NCBI GenBank assembly: GCA_036003485.1
Contig: DASYSI010000078.1
Location: forward strand, 1-48,157
DNA length: 48,157 nt
Direction of reading: 5' to 3'
From: Burkholderiales bacterium
GTDB taxonomy: Bacteria > Pseudomonadota > Gammaproteobacteria > Burkholderiales > SG8-41
How positions within the stretch are numbered: the stretch's first letter is position 1; each line of letters opens with the position of its first letter. The notes under the pieces were generated by a model. It was not told the origin of the DNA. It worked only from the letters and a program-made list of their open reading frames with translations, and did not search any database. The position numbers were made by a program, and so were the translations under genes. Positions 18,378-27,104 of the stretch are shown here, one piece after another.

Positions 18378-18413
18378 CGATGCGGCAGCGAATACCAGCG
18401 CCGCTTCACACTC

Positions 18414-19190
18414 TCACCACGCGACCGTGCCGCCGTCGACCGGGATGATCGCCCCTGTGATGAAATTCGAAGCATCCGACGCAAGCAATACTACGATGCC
18501 TTTGAGATCGTTATCCGTGCCGGTGCGGCCAAGTGGAATTTCGCGGTCGATGCTGTCCTTGTTTTTCTCGTAGAGCTTCTGGTTGAGCGGAGTCACAAAG
18601 AACCCCGGGCAGATCGCATTCACCTGGATGTTGTGCTGCGCCCACTTGACCGCGAGATCACGCGTGAAATTGACGAGCGCGCCTTTGCTCGCGCCGTAGG
18701 CGATCGAATTGTAGGCTTTGGGATTACGTCCGACGAGGCCGGCGATCGATGCGATATTCACGATCTTGCCGCGTTTGATCTTGATCATCTCGCGGCCGAG
18801 CACTTGCGAGCACAAAAATGGCGCGGTGATATTGAGGTCGAGCACCTGCTGCCAGCGCTCGAGCGGCAGGTCCTCCGGCGGTGCGACCCATGCGCGGCCT
18901 GCGTTGTTGACGAGGACATCGACACGCCCGAATTTCCTGAGCGTTGCGTCTTTCATTGCCTCGACCTGGTCCGCCTTGGTCACGTCGCAGCCGATGGCGA
19001 GCGTCCTGACGCCGAGCTTCCCGACTTCGTGCGCTGCGTGCTCGCAATTCTCGAGCTTGCGCGAGCAGATCACCACGTCCGATCCCGCTTCGGCAAGTGC
19101 TGTCGCCATTTGCAATCCAAGTCCAGTCGCGCCTCCGGTGACGACGCTGACGCGCCCTTCAAGTTTCATCAATTGTTGTACGGTTGTCAT
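18414..19190 (-). CDS. SDR-family oxidoreductase
   Basis: 258 aa with VSVVTGGATGLG (Rossmann), NNAG and YGASKGAL (YxxxK). Confidence 0.9.
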   Translation of the reverse strand: MTTVQQLMKLEGRVSVVTGGATGLGLQMATALAEAGSDVVICSRKLENCEHAAHEVGKLGVRTLAIGCDVTKADQVEAMKDATLRKFGRVDVLVNNAGRAWVAPPEDLPLERWQQVLDLNITAPFLCSQVLGREMIKIKRGKIVNIASIAGLVGRNPKAYNSIAYGASKGALVNFTRDLAVKWAQHNIQVNAICPGFFVTPLNQKLYEKNKDSIDREIPLGRTGTDNDLKGIVVLLASDASNFITGAIIPVDGGTVAW

Positions 19191-19279
19191 CCATTACCTT
19201 TCACTCGTACTGCCGCAGCGCACTCCTGCAAATTTCCCTTGGTGTCCTCCACGTCCTTTGCGGCAAAGCTTTTTTTCTC

Positions 19280-20422
19280 TTAATCTTTCAGCAACTGCGC
19301 CGCGATGATGTTGCGCTGAATTTCGGACGTGCCTTCATAGATGCGCGTGATGCGCGCATCGCGGTAAACCGTTTCGATTCCCACCTCGCGCATGTAACCC
19401 ATGCCGCCGTGTATCTGCACCGCGGCGTCGGCGACTTTGCCCAAAGCTTCCGTCGCGTAGAGTTTGGCGACTGCCGCCTCGAGCGTACCGCGCTCGCCGC
19501 GGAGCAGCGTTTCGATGCCGCGTGCGACCAGGCCGCGTGCCGCGTCGCGCTGCACCGCCATGTCGGCGAGCATCCACTGCAGGCCCTGGTACTCGGCAAG
19601 CTTTTTCCCACCCTGACTGCGCATCTTCAGGTAGGCCGCGCTTTTGTCGATCAGCTTGTCCATCATTCCGACGCAACGTGATGCGACCGTCACGCGGCCC
19701 TGCGTCAGCGTCTTCAGCGCCTGCACGTAACCCATGCCTTCGGGGCCGAGCAGGTTTTCGGCCGGCACTTCGCAGTCGCTGAACGCAACTGGCGCCGTAG
19801 TGCAACCGTGCATGCCCATCTTGAGTTCGTTGCGGCCGACCGCGAGCCCCTTGAAGCCGCGTTCGACGATGAAAGCGGAAATCCCTTTGATGCCTTTCGC
19901 TTTGTCGGTGACCGCCATCACAGTGAAAACGCTGGCGAGCGGCGCGTTGGTAATAAAGATTTTCTCGCCGTTCAAAGCGTAGCCGCTGCCCTTTCTCGCC
20001 GCGGAAGTGCGCAGTGCGCTCGGATCGGACCCGGCCTGCGCCTCGGTCAGCGCGAAACAGCCGATCCATTCGCCGCTCGCCATGCGCGGCAGGTATTTTT
20101 GCTTTTGCTGTTCGCTGCCGAGCGCGACGATTCCGGTCGAACTGATGCCGGTATGGTTGCCGATCAGTGTGGCGAAACCGTAATTGGTCTGGCCCATCAC
20201 TTCCTCGATCGCGCATTTGCCGGCGAGATCAAGACCGATGCCGCCGTACTGCTCGGGTATCGTCAAACCGAACAGCCCCAGTTCGCGGGCTTTCTGCACC
20301 AGCTCTGGGGGAATCTCGTCGTGCTCCTCGATCCAGCGCGAACGCGGCTCGACTTCCTTCTCGATGAAGCGCCGCAATTCGGCGCACAGCTGCGTGACTT
20401 CCGGCGTAAGTTGCATTGTCAT
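19280..20422 (-). CDS. acyl-CoA dehydrogenase
   Basis: 380 aa with CFALTEAQAGSD and a C-terminal RITRIYEGTSEIQRNIIA. Confidence 0.9.
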   Translation of the reverse strand: MTMQLTPEVTQLCAELRRFIEKEVEPRSRWIEEHDEIPPELVQKARELGLFGLTIPEQYGGIGLDLAGKCAIEEVMGQTNYGFATLIGNHTGISSTGIVALGSEQQKQKYLPRMASGEWIGCFALTEAQAGSDPSALRTSAARKGSGYALNGEKIFITNAPLASVFTVMAVTDKAKGIKGISAFIVERGFKGLAVGRNELKMGMHGCTTAPVAFSDCEVPAENLLGPEGMGYVQALKTLTQGRVTVASRCVGMMDKLIDKSAAYLKMRSQGGKKLAEYQGLQWMLADMAVQRDAARGLVARGIETLLRGERGTLEAAVAKLYATEALGKVADAAVQIHGGMGYMREVGIETVYRDARITRIYEGTSEIQRNIIAAQLLKD

Positions 20423-20424
20423 CC

Positions 20425-22554
20425 TCAGTTGCGCACCAGCGGCTTGATCAGCGCGTCGCCGGCCTTGACGCCTTTACCTTCGGCAAACACGAACAACGGA
20501 TTGATGTCGATCTCGGCAACGTAATCCTTGAGATCGATTGCGAGCGCGGAGAGCCTGGCGATCGCATCGGCAAGCGCGTCGATGTCGGCGTGGGCCGCGC
20601 CGCGCGCGCCGGTCAGCACCGCATAACCTTTGATTTCGGCGATCATCTCGAGCGCCGCGGATTTCGTCACCGGTGCGATACGAAACGCAACGTCCTTCAA
20701 CACTTCGGCGAAAATACCGCCGAGCCCGAACATCACCGCCGGCCCGAAAAGCTTATCGTTGGTGACACCGAGGATGGCCTCGATCGCGCCCGTCACTCTT
20801 TCCTGAACCAGCACGCCTTCGATGCGCGCGCCGGCCTGGTACCCCTTTGCGTTGCGCAAAATCTCATCATACGCCAGAGCGACATCGGCATCCGAAGCGA
20901 GACCCACGCGCACGGCCTTGGCTTCGGTTTTGTGCGGGATATCCGGTGACTGCACCTTGAGCACGACCGGGTAGCCGATACGCCGCGCGATGGCGAGCGC
21001 GCTCTCCCGGCTCGTTGCAAGCTCCTCCGCGGTAATGCCGATGCCGTATTCGCGCAGCACCTGCTTCGCCGCATATTCGCAGAGATCGTCACGCCTGCCG
21101 TTAAGCTGCTTGCGCGCTTGGCTGCCGGAGATTGCAAGCGGCTTCTCGGCGCTCTGCGTCTCGCCGCGGCGCAGCGCTTGCGCGTACCAAGACAGCGCCG
21201 CAAGCGCGCGCCCGCAGCGCACCGGCGACTTGTAGTGCGGGATTTTGACCGCGTCGAGTGTCGCGTACGCTTCGCGCGCAAGGATGTCGCGTGCGCTCCA
21301 CGCGAGGAAAATCGGTTTGGTGGTCTCTCTCGAGATCGCGGCGATTTCGGTCGCGATTTTGGCCGCGAGCTCCCCCTGCAGCGACGCGTTGATCATCGCG
21401 ATCGCATCGACGTTCGGATCATCGAGGATCGCCGTGAGCGTGCGGTGGATCAGGGTGAGATCGTTGAAGATCGCCGCCGTTACGTCGATCGGATTGTTAA
21501 GCGAGCCGAACGATGGAATGAACGTGCGCAGCTTCTCGGTGGTCGCAGGCGCGAGCTGCGGCACCTGCATGCCGCGGCCGACGCACTCGTCGGTCATCAG
21601 GATGCCTGCGCCGCCGGAAATCGTGATGATTGCGACGCGGTTGCCTGACGGCAGCTTGCCGCAGCGGAAAGCGCGGCAGTAATCGACCACGTCCTGGATG
21701 TCGTCGACCTGGATGATGCCGGTCTGGCGGAATGCCGCCTGGTAGAGCGCAATCGCGCCGCCGAGGTTCGCGGTGTGCGAGGCGGCCGCTTTCTGTCCCT
21801 GCTCGGTATTGCCGACTTTCCACGCCAGAACCGGCTTTTTTTTCCGCAACGCGTGCGTGCCGACTTCGAGCAACCGGTGCGCGTCCTTCAAGCCCTCGAT
21901 ATAGCCGACAATGATGTCGGTCTGCGGATCGTCGACGAAGTAGTCGATAAAATCGAGCGTGCTGACGCCGATCTCATTGCCGGTGGTTACGATCTGGCGG
22001 AAGTTGAGCCCGCCCTCTTTGGACGCGAGATTCATGACCGAGAAACCGAAACCGCCGCTTTGCGACACCATGCTGATGCTGCCGGCATCGTAGTCGGTGA
22101 AGAATACCGAACCGAAGCCGGCGTAGACACGGTCGGCGACATTGATCATTCCCTGGCAGTTGGGGCCGATGATGACAATGCCATAGTCGTTCGCGATCGC
22201 CGCGAGCTCGCGCTGCATCGCGACGCCTTCACCGCCAACCTCTGAATAGCCGGAGCTGAAGACGATCGCGTACGGCACGCCCCGCCTGCCGCATTGGCGC
22301 AGCAAATCGGCGACGCGCGACGCGTTGATCAGCACCAGCACCAGATCCGGCGTTTCCGGCAGCGCGTCAAGCGACGGATAGCATGTGACGCCTAAGATTT
22401 CGGTGTACTTGGGATTGACCGGGTAGAGCTTGCCGCGATACCCGTGAGACTGCAAATGCTGAAGCGGCTGACCGCTGATGGTGATCAGGTCCTGCGACGC
22501 GCCGACGATCGCTATCGAACGCGGGTTGAAAAATCGTTCCAGATCCTTGCGCAT
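20425..22554 (-). CDS. ADP-forming acetyl/acyl-CoA synthetase (fused CoA-binding + ATP-grasp)
   Basis: ORF 20425..22641 trimmed to ATG 22554 (MRKDLERFFNPRSIAIVGASQD, the usual N-terminus of this family). The C-terminal half is ATP-grasp-like (EYAAKQVLREYGI..). Confidence 0.85.
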   Translation of the reverse strand: MRKDLERFFNPRSIAIVGASQDLITISGQPLQHLQSHGYRGKLYPVNPKYTEILGVTCYPSLDALPETPDLVLVLINASRVADLLRQCGRRGVPYAIVFSSGYSEVGGEGVAMQRELAAIANDYGIVIIGPNCQGMINVADRVYAGFGSVFFTDYDAGSISMVSQSGGFGFSVMNLASKEGGLNFRQIVTTGNEIGVSTLDFIDYFVDDPQTDIIVGYIEGLKDAHRLLEVGTHALRKKKPVLAWKVGNTEQGQKAAASHTANLGGAIALYQAAFRQTGIIQVDDIQDVVDYCRAFRCGKLPSGNRVAIITISGGAGILMTDECVGRGMQVPQLAPATTEKLRTFIPSFGSLNNPIDVTAAIFNDLTLIHRTLTAILDDPNVDAIAMINASLQGELAAKIATEIAAISRETTKPIFLAWSARDILAREAYATLDAVKIPHYKSPVRCGRALAALSWYAQALRRGETQSAEKPLAISGSQARKQLNGRRDDLCEYAAKQVLREYGIGITAEELATSRESALAIARRIGYPVVLKVQSPDIPHKTEAKAVRVGLASDADVALAYDEILRNAKGYQAGARIEGVLVQERVTGAIEAILGVTNDKLFGPAVMFGLGGIFAEVLKDVAFRIAPVTKSAALEMIAEIKGYAVLTGARGAAHADIDALADAIARLSALAIDLKDYVAEIDINPLFVFAEGKGVKAGDALIKPLVRN

Positions 22555-22699
22555 GCTGCGGCATTCCCGTGATTTCGTGCCGCCTGCGAACGGCAAAAAA
22601 ATCATAATGCTACGGTTTAACCGCGATGCAGGCAAACTCATGGCGAGTTATCATTCGCTTTTACTCTGAAGTAAAAATCAAAGCGTGGAGAAAAAGATC

Positions 22700-23140
22700 A
22701 TGGCGCTCAAGGGAATCAGTCATATCAATATCGGCTGCAGGCTGCGTGATCTGCCCGCGATCGAGAAATTTTACGGCGCGGCGCTCGGCCTGACGGTTGG
22801 ATATCGCCCGGCGTTCCCCAACGACGGCTTGTGGCTGTACAGCGGCGATCGTGCATTGGTGCACGTCGTCGCGCGATTTCCTGACAACTGGCCCGGAAGC
22901 GACGAGACCCGGAGCGGCTTTGACCATATCGCGTTCGACGTAACCGGCGCTGACGAATTCCGCCAGCGCCTGATCGGTCTGGGCGTCGAGTTCGACGAGC
23001 AGAACGTCCCGACCGCGGGATTTCAAATGTTCGTGCGCGATCCGGTCGGCAACAAAGTCGAGCTCAACTTTCCCAACGACGAAGCGCCGCAGTCAGTCGC
23101 AACGGGCACGCTGTCGAAAATGCAGTTTCCAATGCTATGA
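22700..23140 (+). CDS. VOC-family (glyoxalase/dioxygenase fold) protein
   Basis: The track ORF starts at GTG 22685. ATG 22700 follows GGAG (22687-22690). Contains GISHINIGCRL..FDHIAFDV..VRDPVGNKVEL. Confidence 0.8.
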   Translation: MALKGISHINIGCRLRDLPAIEKFYGAALGLTVGYRPAFPNDGLWLYSGDRALVHVVARFPDNWPGSDETRSGFDHIAFDVTGADEFRQRLIGLGVEFDEQNVPTAGFQMFVRDPVGNKVELNFPNDEAPQSVATGTLSKMQFPML

Positions 23141-23176
23141 TTGCGCTTTGAAACCCGTCCCGCACCATAATCCCGC

Positions 23177-24430
23177 ATGAACACCGCCACCGCATCGAGC
23201 GCAGCCGCGCCGCAATCGTTCAGGGCCGTATGGCTGATTTCAGCCGGCCACGGGCTCACTCACTGGTATACCGCGACTTTTTATTTGCTGCTGCCGTTGA
23301 TCGGCAAAGAACTTGGCCTGTCGTATACCGAGATCGGCCTGATCATGACGGTGCAGCATCTCGCGGGCGCGATTTCGAACATACCCGGCGGGTTCGTTGT
23401 CGACACGGTCGGTAAAAAAGGCTATCTGATGGCGACCTCGCTGTTCTGGGTCGGCTTTCCGTACGCGTTGATGAGCCTTACTCACAGCTTCTGGATGCTG
23501 CTCGTGTGCGTGACGCTCGTCGGCATCGGCAATAATCTTTGGCACCCCGCGGCAATCTCGACGCTCGCTCACCGCTATCCCGACCGCAAAGGGCTGACGC
23601 TGTCGTTTCACGGCATGGGCGGCAATCTCGGTGAAGCGATCGCGCCATTCGTCATCGGCGCGCTGCTCGCCTGGTACGGATGGCGCACGGTGGTCATATT
23701 GAATGTCGTTCCCGGACTCGTGATGTCGGTGCTGATCCTGGTTCTGCTTGGCGCTTTATCGACATCCAAAGTCAAGGACGAAAACGCCATCAACGCGCGC
23801 GGAGAAAAGCGCGGCGTCAAGAGTTATCTCCACGATTTTGCGAGCCTGCTCAAAAACAGGGCCTTGATGCTGATCTCGATTGCGTCCGCTTTTCGCACCA
23901 TGACGCAAGCCGGATTGCTCACGTTTTTGCCGGTTTATCTCGCCTACGAGCTCCACTACTCGCCGTTCGTGGTCGGCATCTGCATTACCGTGCTGCAGGT
24001 CGCTGGCTTTGTGGCTTCTCCCATCGGCGGTCATCTCTCCGATACGATGGGGCGCAAGCGCGTGATCACCGCAAGCATGGTGCTGACCGCGGTCATGATC
24101 GTCGGCATGGCGTTCGCCGGCAAGAGCGTTTTATTTGTGGTATTCATCGCGCTGGTCGGTTTCTTTCTCTACGCGATGCGCTCGGTGCTGCAGGCGTGGG
24201 CCATCGAGTCCGTTCCCAAAAATCTTGCCGGCACCGGGGTCGGCCTCCAGTTCGGAATTACGGGCCTTGGCGCCGCTGTCTCGCCCACGATCTTCGGAAT
24301 GATCGCGGATGCTTACGATATCTATACCGGCTTCTACTTCCTTGCCGGTACCATCGCGGTCGCCAACGTGCTGATCTTTTTCATGCCCAACGGCAAGGCC
24401 AAGCAAGCCAAGCTCGTCACGGCAAACTGA
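23177..24430 (+). CDS. MFS transporter
   Basis: 417 aa with 12 helices and the loop motif LSDTMGRKRVI. Confidence 0.85.
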   Translation: MNTATASSAAAPQSFRAVWLISAGHGLTHWYTATFYLLLPLIGKELGLSYTEIGLIMTVQHLAGAISNIPGGFVVDTVGKKGYLMATSLFWVGFPYALMSLTHSFWMLLVCVTLVGIGNNLWHPAAISTLAHRYPDRKGLTLSFHGMGGNLGEAIAPFVIGALLAWYGWRTVVILNVVPGLVMSVLILVLLGALSTSKVKDENAINARGEKRGVKSYLHDFASLLKNRALMLISIASAFRTMTQAGLLTFLPVYLAYELHYSPFVVGICITVLQVAGFVASPIGGHLSDTMGRKRVITASMVLTAVMIVGMAFAGKSVLFVVFIALVGFFLYAMRSVLQAWAIESVPKNLAGTGVGLQFGITGLGAAVSPTIFGMIADAYDIYTGFYFLAGTIAVANVLIFFMPNGKAKQAKLVTAN

Positions 24431-24440
24431 AGCAACAGTT

Positions 24441-24983
24441 CTATCGGCTGGCGGGGCCGCAGCTGCCGCTGTCGATCCACAAAGCCAAATTGAAATACGT
24501 GTAGGGCGCGCCGCCGATATGTGGAAGCGGTACCCACCACAGCCACCAGTCTTCTCTGGATTCTTCGATTGAGACTGGCACGCGATCGATCGTGCAATGA
24601 GCAAGGTTCACACTGGCGAACCGCACTTGTCGTGCCCATGTCACAAACCACCGCGACTTCGTTTCATAACACTTTTGCCACGCGGCCATGCCTTCGCGGC
24701 TGGAAGACGCTTCCTGCTCTATTTTGCGGCAATCACCGCTGTCGGGATGATAGATTGACGCAGTGCCCAAAGGCTTGTCAGCTCTTGCCTTCGCAAGGAT
24801 CGTCCCGGCCGCATTTGTAAAAGCCAGGTCAGCGCTGACAACGTTTCCATAGGCCTGTCTGTCATTCTTGAGTGATACGTCGTAAATCGAAACATTCAGA
24901 TTTGCGTGAGTAGAAACGTGATAGTAACCCCAGCCTAGAACGACTATCGTTAGCCCGGCGAATAAGAAGAGTGCTTTCCACAT
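24441..24983 (-). CDS. hypothetical membrane-anchored protein (single N-terminal helix, 4-Cys extracytoplasmic domain)
   Basis: 180 aa. MWKALFLFAGLTIVVLGWGYY is followed by a ~150-aa soluble domain. I recognise no family. GC is lower than in the flanks. Confidence 0.55.
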   Translation of the reverse strand: MWKALFLFAGLTIVVLGWGYYHVSTHANLNVSIYDVSLKNDRQAYGNVVSADLAFTNAAGTILAKARADKPLGTASIYHPDSGDCRKIEQEASSSREGMAAWQKCYETKSRWFVTWARQVRFASVNLAHCTIDRVPVSIEESREDWWLWWVPLPHIGGAPYTYFNLALWIDSGSCGPASR

Positions 24984-25009
24984 CTAAGATTGCGGCGGGT
25001 ATGCCCAAG

Positions 25010-25633
25010 CTAACCGGCACCGGGCGGTCGGTTCGCGGGCGGTGCCTGCGCGGCATCGGGATTCAGCGCAAGACCAGAGAACATCCCTCTTCGAGTGGCG
25101 AGCCACGCGAATCCAACGAACAGGACAATCAGCAAGACCAGTGCCGCGCCGGTCAGCCATATCGTGAGAGGGCGGACGGGCCCGCTTGGCCACAACATCA
25201 TGGCAATGATAGGAACGCAGACTAACGCTGCAACCACCGGAGCATGACGTTGGAAGACCAACACCAACGGAGCGCCAACTACGAGTGTAAGCAGCGCTGC
25301 CGCAAGCAAAGACCTTGTGAGAATCAGCGTTGCAGTCAACGTGACTTCGTGGCCAGCAAGGGGAATGAGCGAGTCGGTAAACTTTGTCGCGGCCGCATAG
25401 ATGACGACGGATGCCCAAGCGAAGGTAGGCAGAAAAAGAACACGCGTTAGCATAGAAAACTGAAAGTATCCGGGGGCACGCCAGGCGGCGAGGAAGGTCA
25501 ACACCGCGAACAGCGCCACGGCGACAGCAAACCACTGACCCAGCCAGCGCAACGAGTAGCCGGTGTAATCGATGGCAACAATGGCAAGCCAGACTATGGC
25601 GAGAATAAGTGGAGCAATCTCGGAGCGGCGCAT
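25010..25633 (-). CDS. hypothetical polytopic membrane protein (~6 helices)
   Basis: 207 aa, strongly hydrophobic, lying 26 nt upstream of the previous gene. I recognise no family. Confidence 0.55.
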   Translation of the reverse strand: MRRSEIAPLILAIVWLAIVAIDYTGYSLRWLGQWFAVAVALFAVLTFLAAWRAPGYFQFSMLTRVLFLPTFAWASVVIYAAATKFTDSLIPLAGHEVTLTATLILTRSLLAAALLTLVVGAPLVLVFQRHAPVVAALVCVPIIAMMLWPSGPVRPLTIWLTGAALVLLIVLFVGFAWLATRRGMFSGLALNPDAAQAPPANRPPGAG

Positions 25634-25713
25634 GATGTCAGCGATCCTCTCTAATGTGAAGCAGGTGAAAAGACAAGTGACAATTTAGTTGGAAGATCCA
25701 CAGATATTGATGT

Positions 25714-25735
25714 GTAGTGGTCGCGCGACTACTAC
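25714..25735. repeat. 22-bp near-perfect palindrome GTAGTGGTCGC|GCGACTACTAC
   Basis: 10 of 11 positions are self-complementary by direct reading. It is located about 80-100 bp upstream of start 25633. Confidence 0.6.
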
Positions 25736-26180
25736 AAATTAGTGCTCCCTACTTTGACGCTCAACGTAGTGTTAGACGGCTGAGCGCTCGATAACAGTGT
25801 CTTGCGCCGATGACGAGCCATTATGCTTGATAACAGAGCAGCCCTGCTAGATAACGTAGCCGTGCGGAATAACATCGCATGGTCATATTTCGTTCGTTAA
25901 TGCCTATTCTCCTCCCGTTCTTCTAGAGCGGGACCGCGAACGGCCGCACTCCTCGTCCGTTATCTGACAATGTCTGCCAAATCAACTCCCGAATCGAATG
26001 CGGTCATTGCGGTGAGCTTGGGTCGAAGCCCAAGTTATTCAAAATCGATAGTGGATTCACATCCTCGACCGTCAAGGAAGAGTGCAGGTATCTGGGCAAC
26101 GGATGCGACTGAGACGCTTGCAAACGCACTCATGGGTGCCCGTGCGGGGATTTGTTCGAAGAATGCTCGCGTTACTTTAG

Positions 26181-26438
26181 CCGTCTAAGTGCAAATGTGC
26201 AGCCGATTCTTTCGCCGGGAAGCTGCGTGGCGTAATGACGGGTTTCAAGGCTGCGGGTTTGACACAGCGAGCGATGGTGACCGAGTTGACGACGCTGGGG
26301 ATTCGCACCCCGAACGGCGCCCCCGTATGGTCACTGATCCAGGTTCAGCGTGTGCTCACGCGGGGGACAGATCCGCGCCCCCCTTTCGAACTGCAGTTGC
26401 CTCACCGTAGTGAACTGCGGTTTTCTGGAAATGACTGA
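26181..26438 (+). pseudogene. serine recombinase (resolvase/invertase family) C-terminal relic
   Basis: An in-frame stretch after TAG 26178 reads ..ADSFAGKLRGVMTGFKAAGLTQRAMVTELTTLGIRTPNGAPVWSLIQVQRVLTR. This fits the C-terminal DNA-binding tail of small resolvases (..AG..S.R.IA.ELN..GI.T..G..W....V...L.R). No catalytic domain is readable upstream. Confidence 0.45.
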
Positions 26439-26539
26439 CTGCTATCGAAAGCCGCGACCTTCCACTATTGGACCCAAACCGGTCGGTATCGAATCTCGAA
26501 ACCGAACGCTCGGCTCATTGGCGTGCGCAAACAAACCCC

Positions 26540-27025
26540 TTAACGGGATGGAGCAACTGTCGGAGCTGCAGCGGGTGGCTTTGGCGTCGGCGAGTTGTGA
26601 AACTGGACAATAAGCCACTTGTCACCGCGTTTTTGCATCACGGCCGTGACTCGTGATGGTCCGGCTGTGATCATCTTTCCATCAAGAGTTCTTTCTGATT
26701 GCCATTTTCCTGAGATTACCACTACGCTGTCTGAAAGCAGCAAAGCCTTGTTCTCAAAAGGTCTCGCCGTAACCTCCCCACGAGTTCCAGACAAGGCTCC
26801 CGTGAAATACGCGATTACGCCTTCTGGGGTGGTGACAACTTCGGCAGAACCAGTGCCATAGAACAAAGCATCTGGAGCAAATAGCGCGGCCAACTGATTT
26901 TGGTTGCCAGTGGTGAACAACGTGAAGAATTTATCGTATGCAGCAAGCGCATCTTCTTTGGGACCGGCCTGAACTAATGTTGACCAAGCAAGCACAATCA
27001 AAAACAAACTAAATCGATTCGTCAT
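26540..27025 (-). CDS. secreted NTF2-like (SnoaL/DUF4440-type) protein
   Basis: ORF 26540..27046 trimmed to ATG 27025 (MTNRFSLFLIVLAWSTLVQA signal). AAYDKFFTLFTTGNQNQLAALFAPDALFYGT is typical of DUF4440/SgcJ-like proteins. There is a Pro/Ala-rich tail. Confidence 0.6.
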   Translation of the reverse strand: MTNRFSLFLIVLAWSTLVQAGPKEDALAAYDKFFTLFTTGNQNQLAALFAPDALFYGTGSAEVVTTPEGVIAYFTGALSGTRGEVTARPFENKALLLSDSVVVISGKWQSERTLDGKMITAGPSRVTAVMQKRGDKWLIVQFHNSPTPKPPAAAPTVAPSR

Positions 27026-27104
27026 TACGGCCTCCCAAACGGTCAACTTTATAGGTATTTTGAATTAGTCTCAGTTCCTCGAACGCGTGCGCAGCGGAGT
27101 ATAA

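Noticed and set aside
19256-19276. Hairpin CTTTG-CGG-CAAAG followed by a T7 run (terminator-like) on the plus strand
   Set aside because: The stem is only 5 bp and AT-rich, and no plus-strand gene ends there. On the coding (minus) strand the A-run precedes the hairpin, so it is not a terminator for the ACAD or SDR genes.
25732-25875. 47-codon minus-strand ORF (MLFRTATLSSRAALLSSIMARHRRKTLLSS..) covering the GATAAC repeats
   Set aside because: There is no RBS. The periodic LLSS simply reflects the DNA repeats being spaced in multiples of 3, so there is no evidence of coding.
25930-26180. Possible decayed catalytic domain of the resolvase (RTAALLVRYLTMSAKSTPES.. in one frame)
   Set aside because: The resemblance to the R-x-A-x-Y-x-R-V-S-T motif is too weak, and the segment is too short for a resolvase domain. 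Only the C-terminal tail is called.
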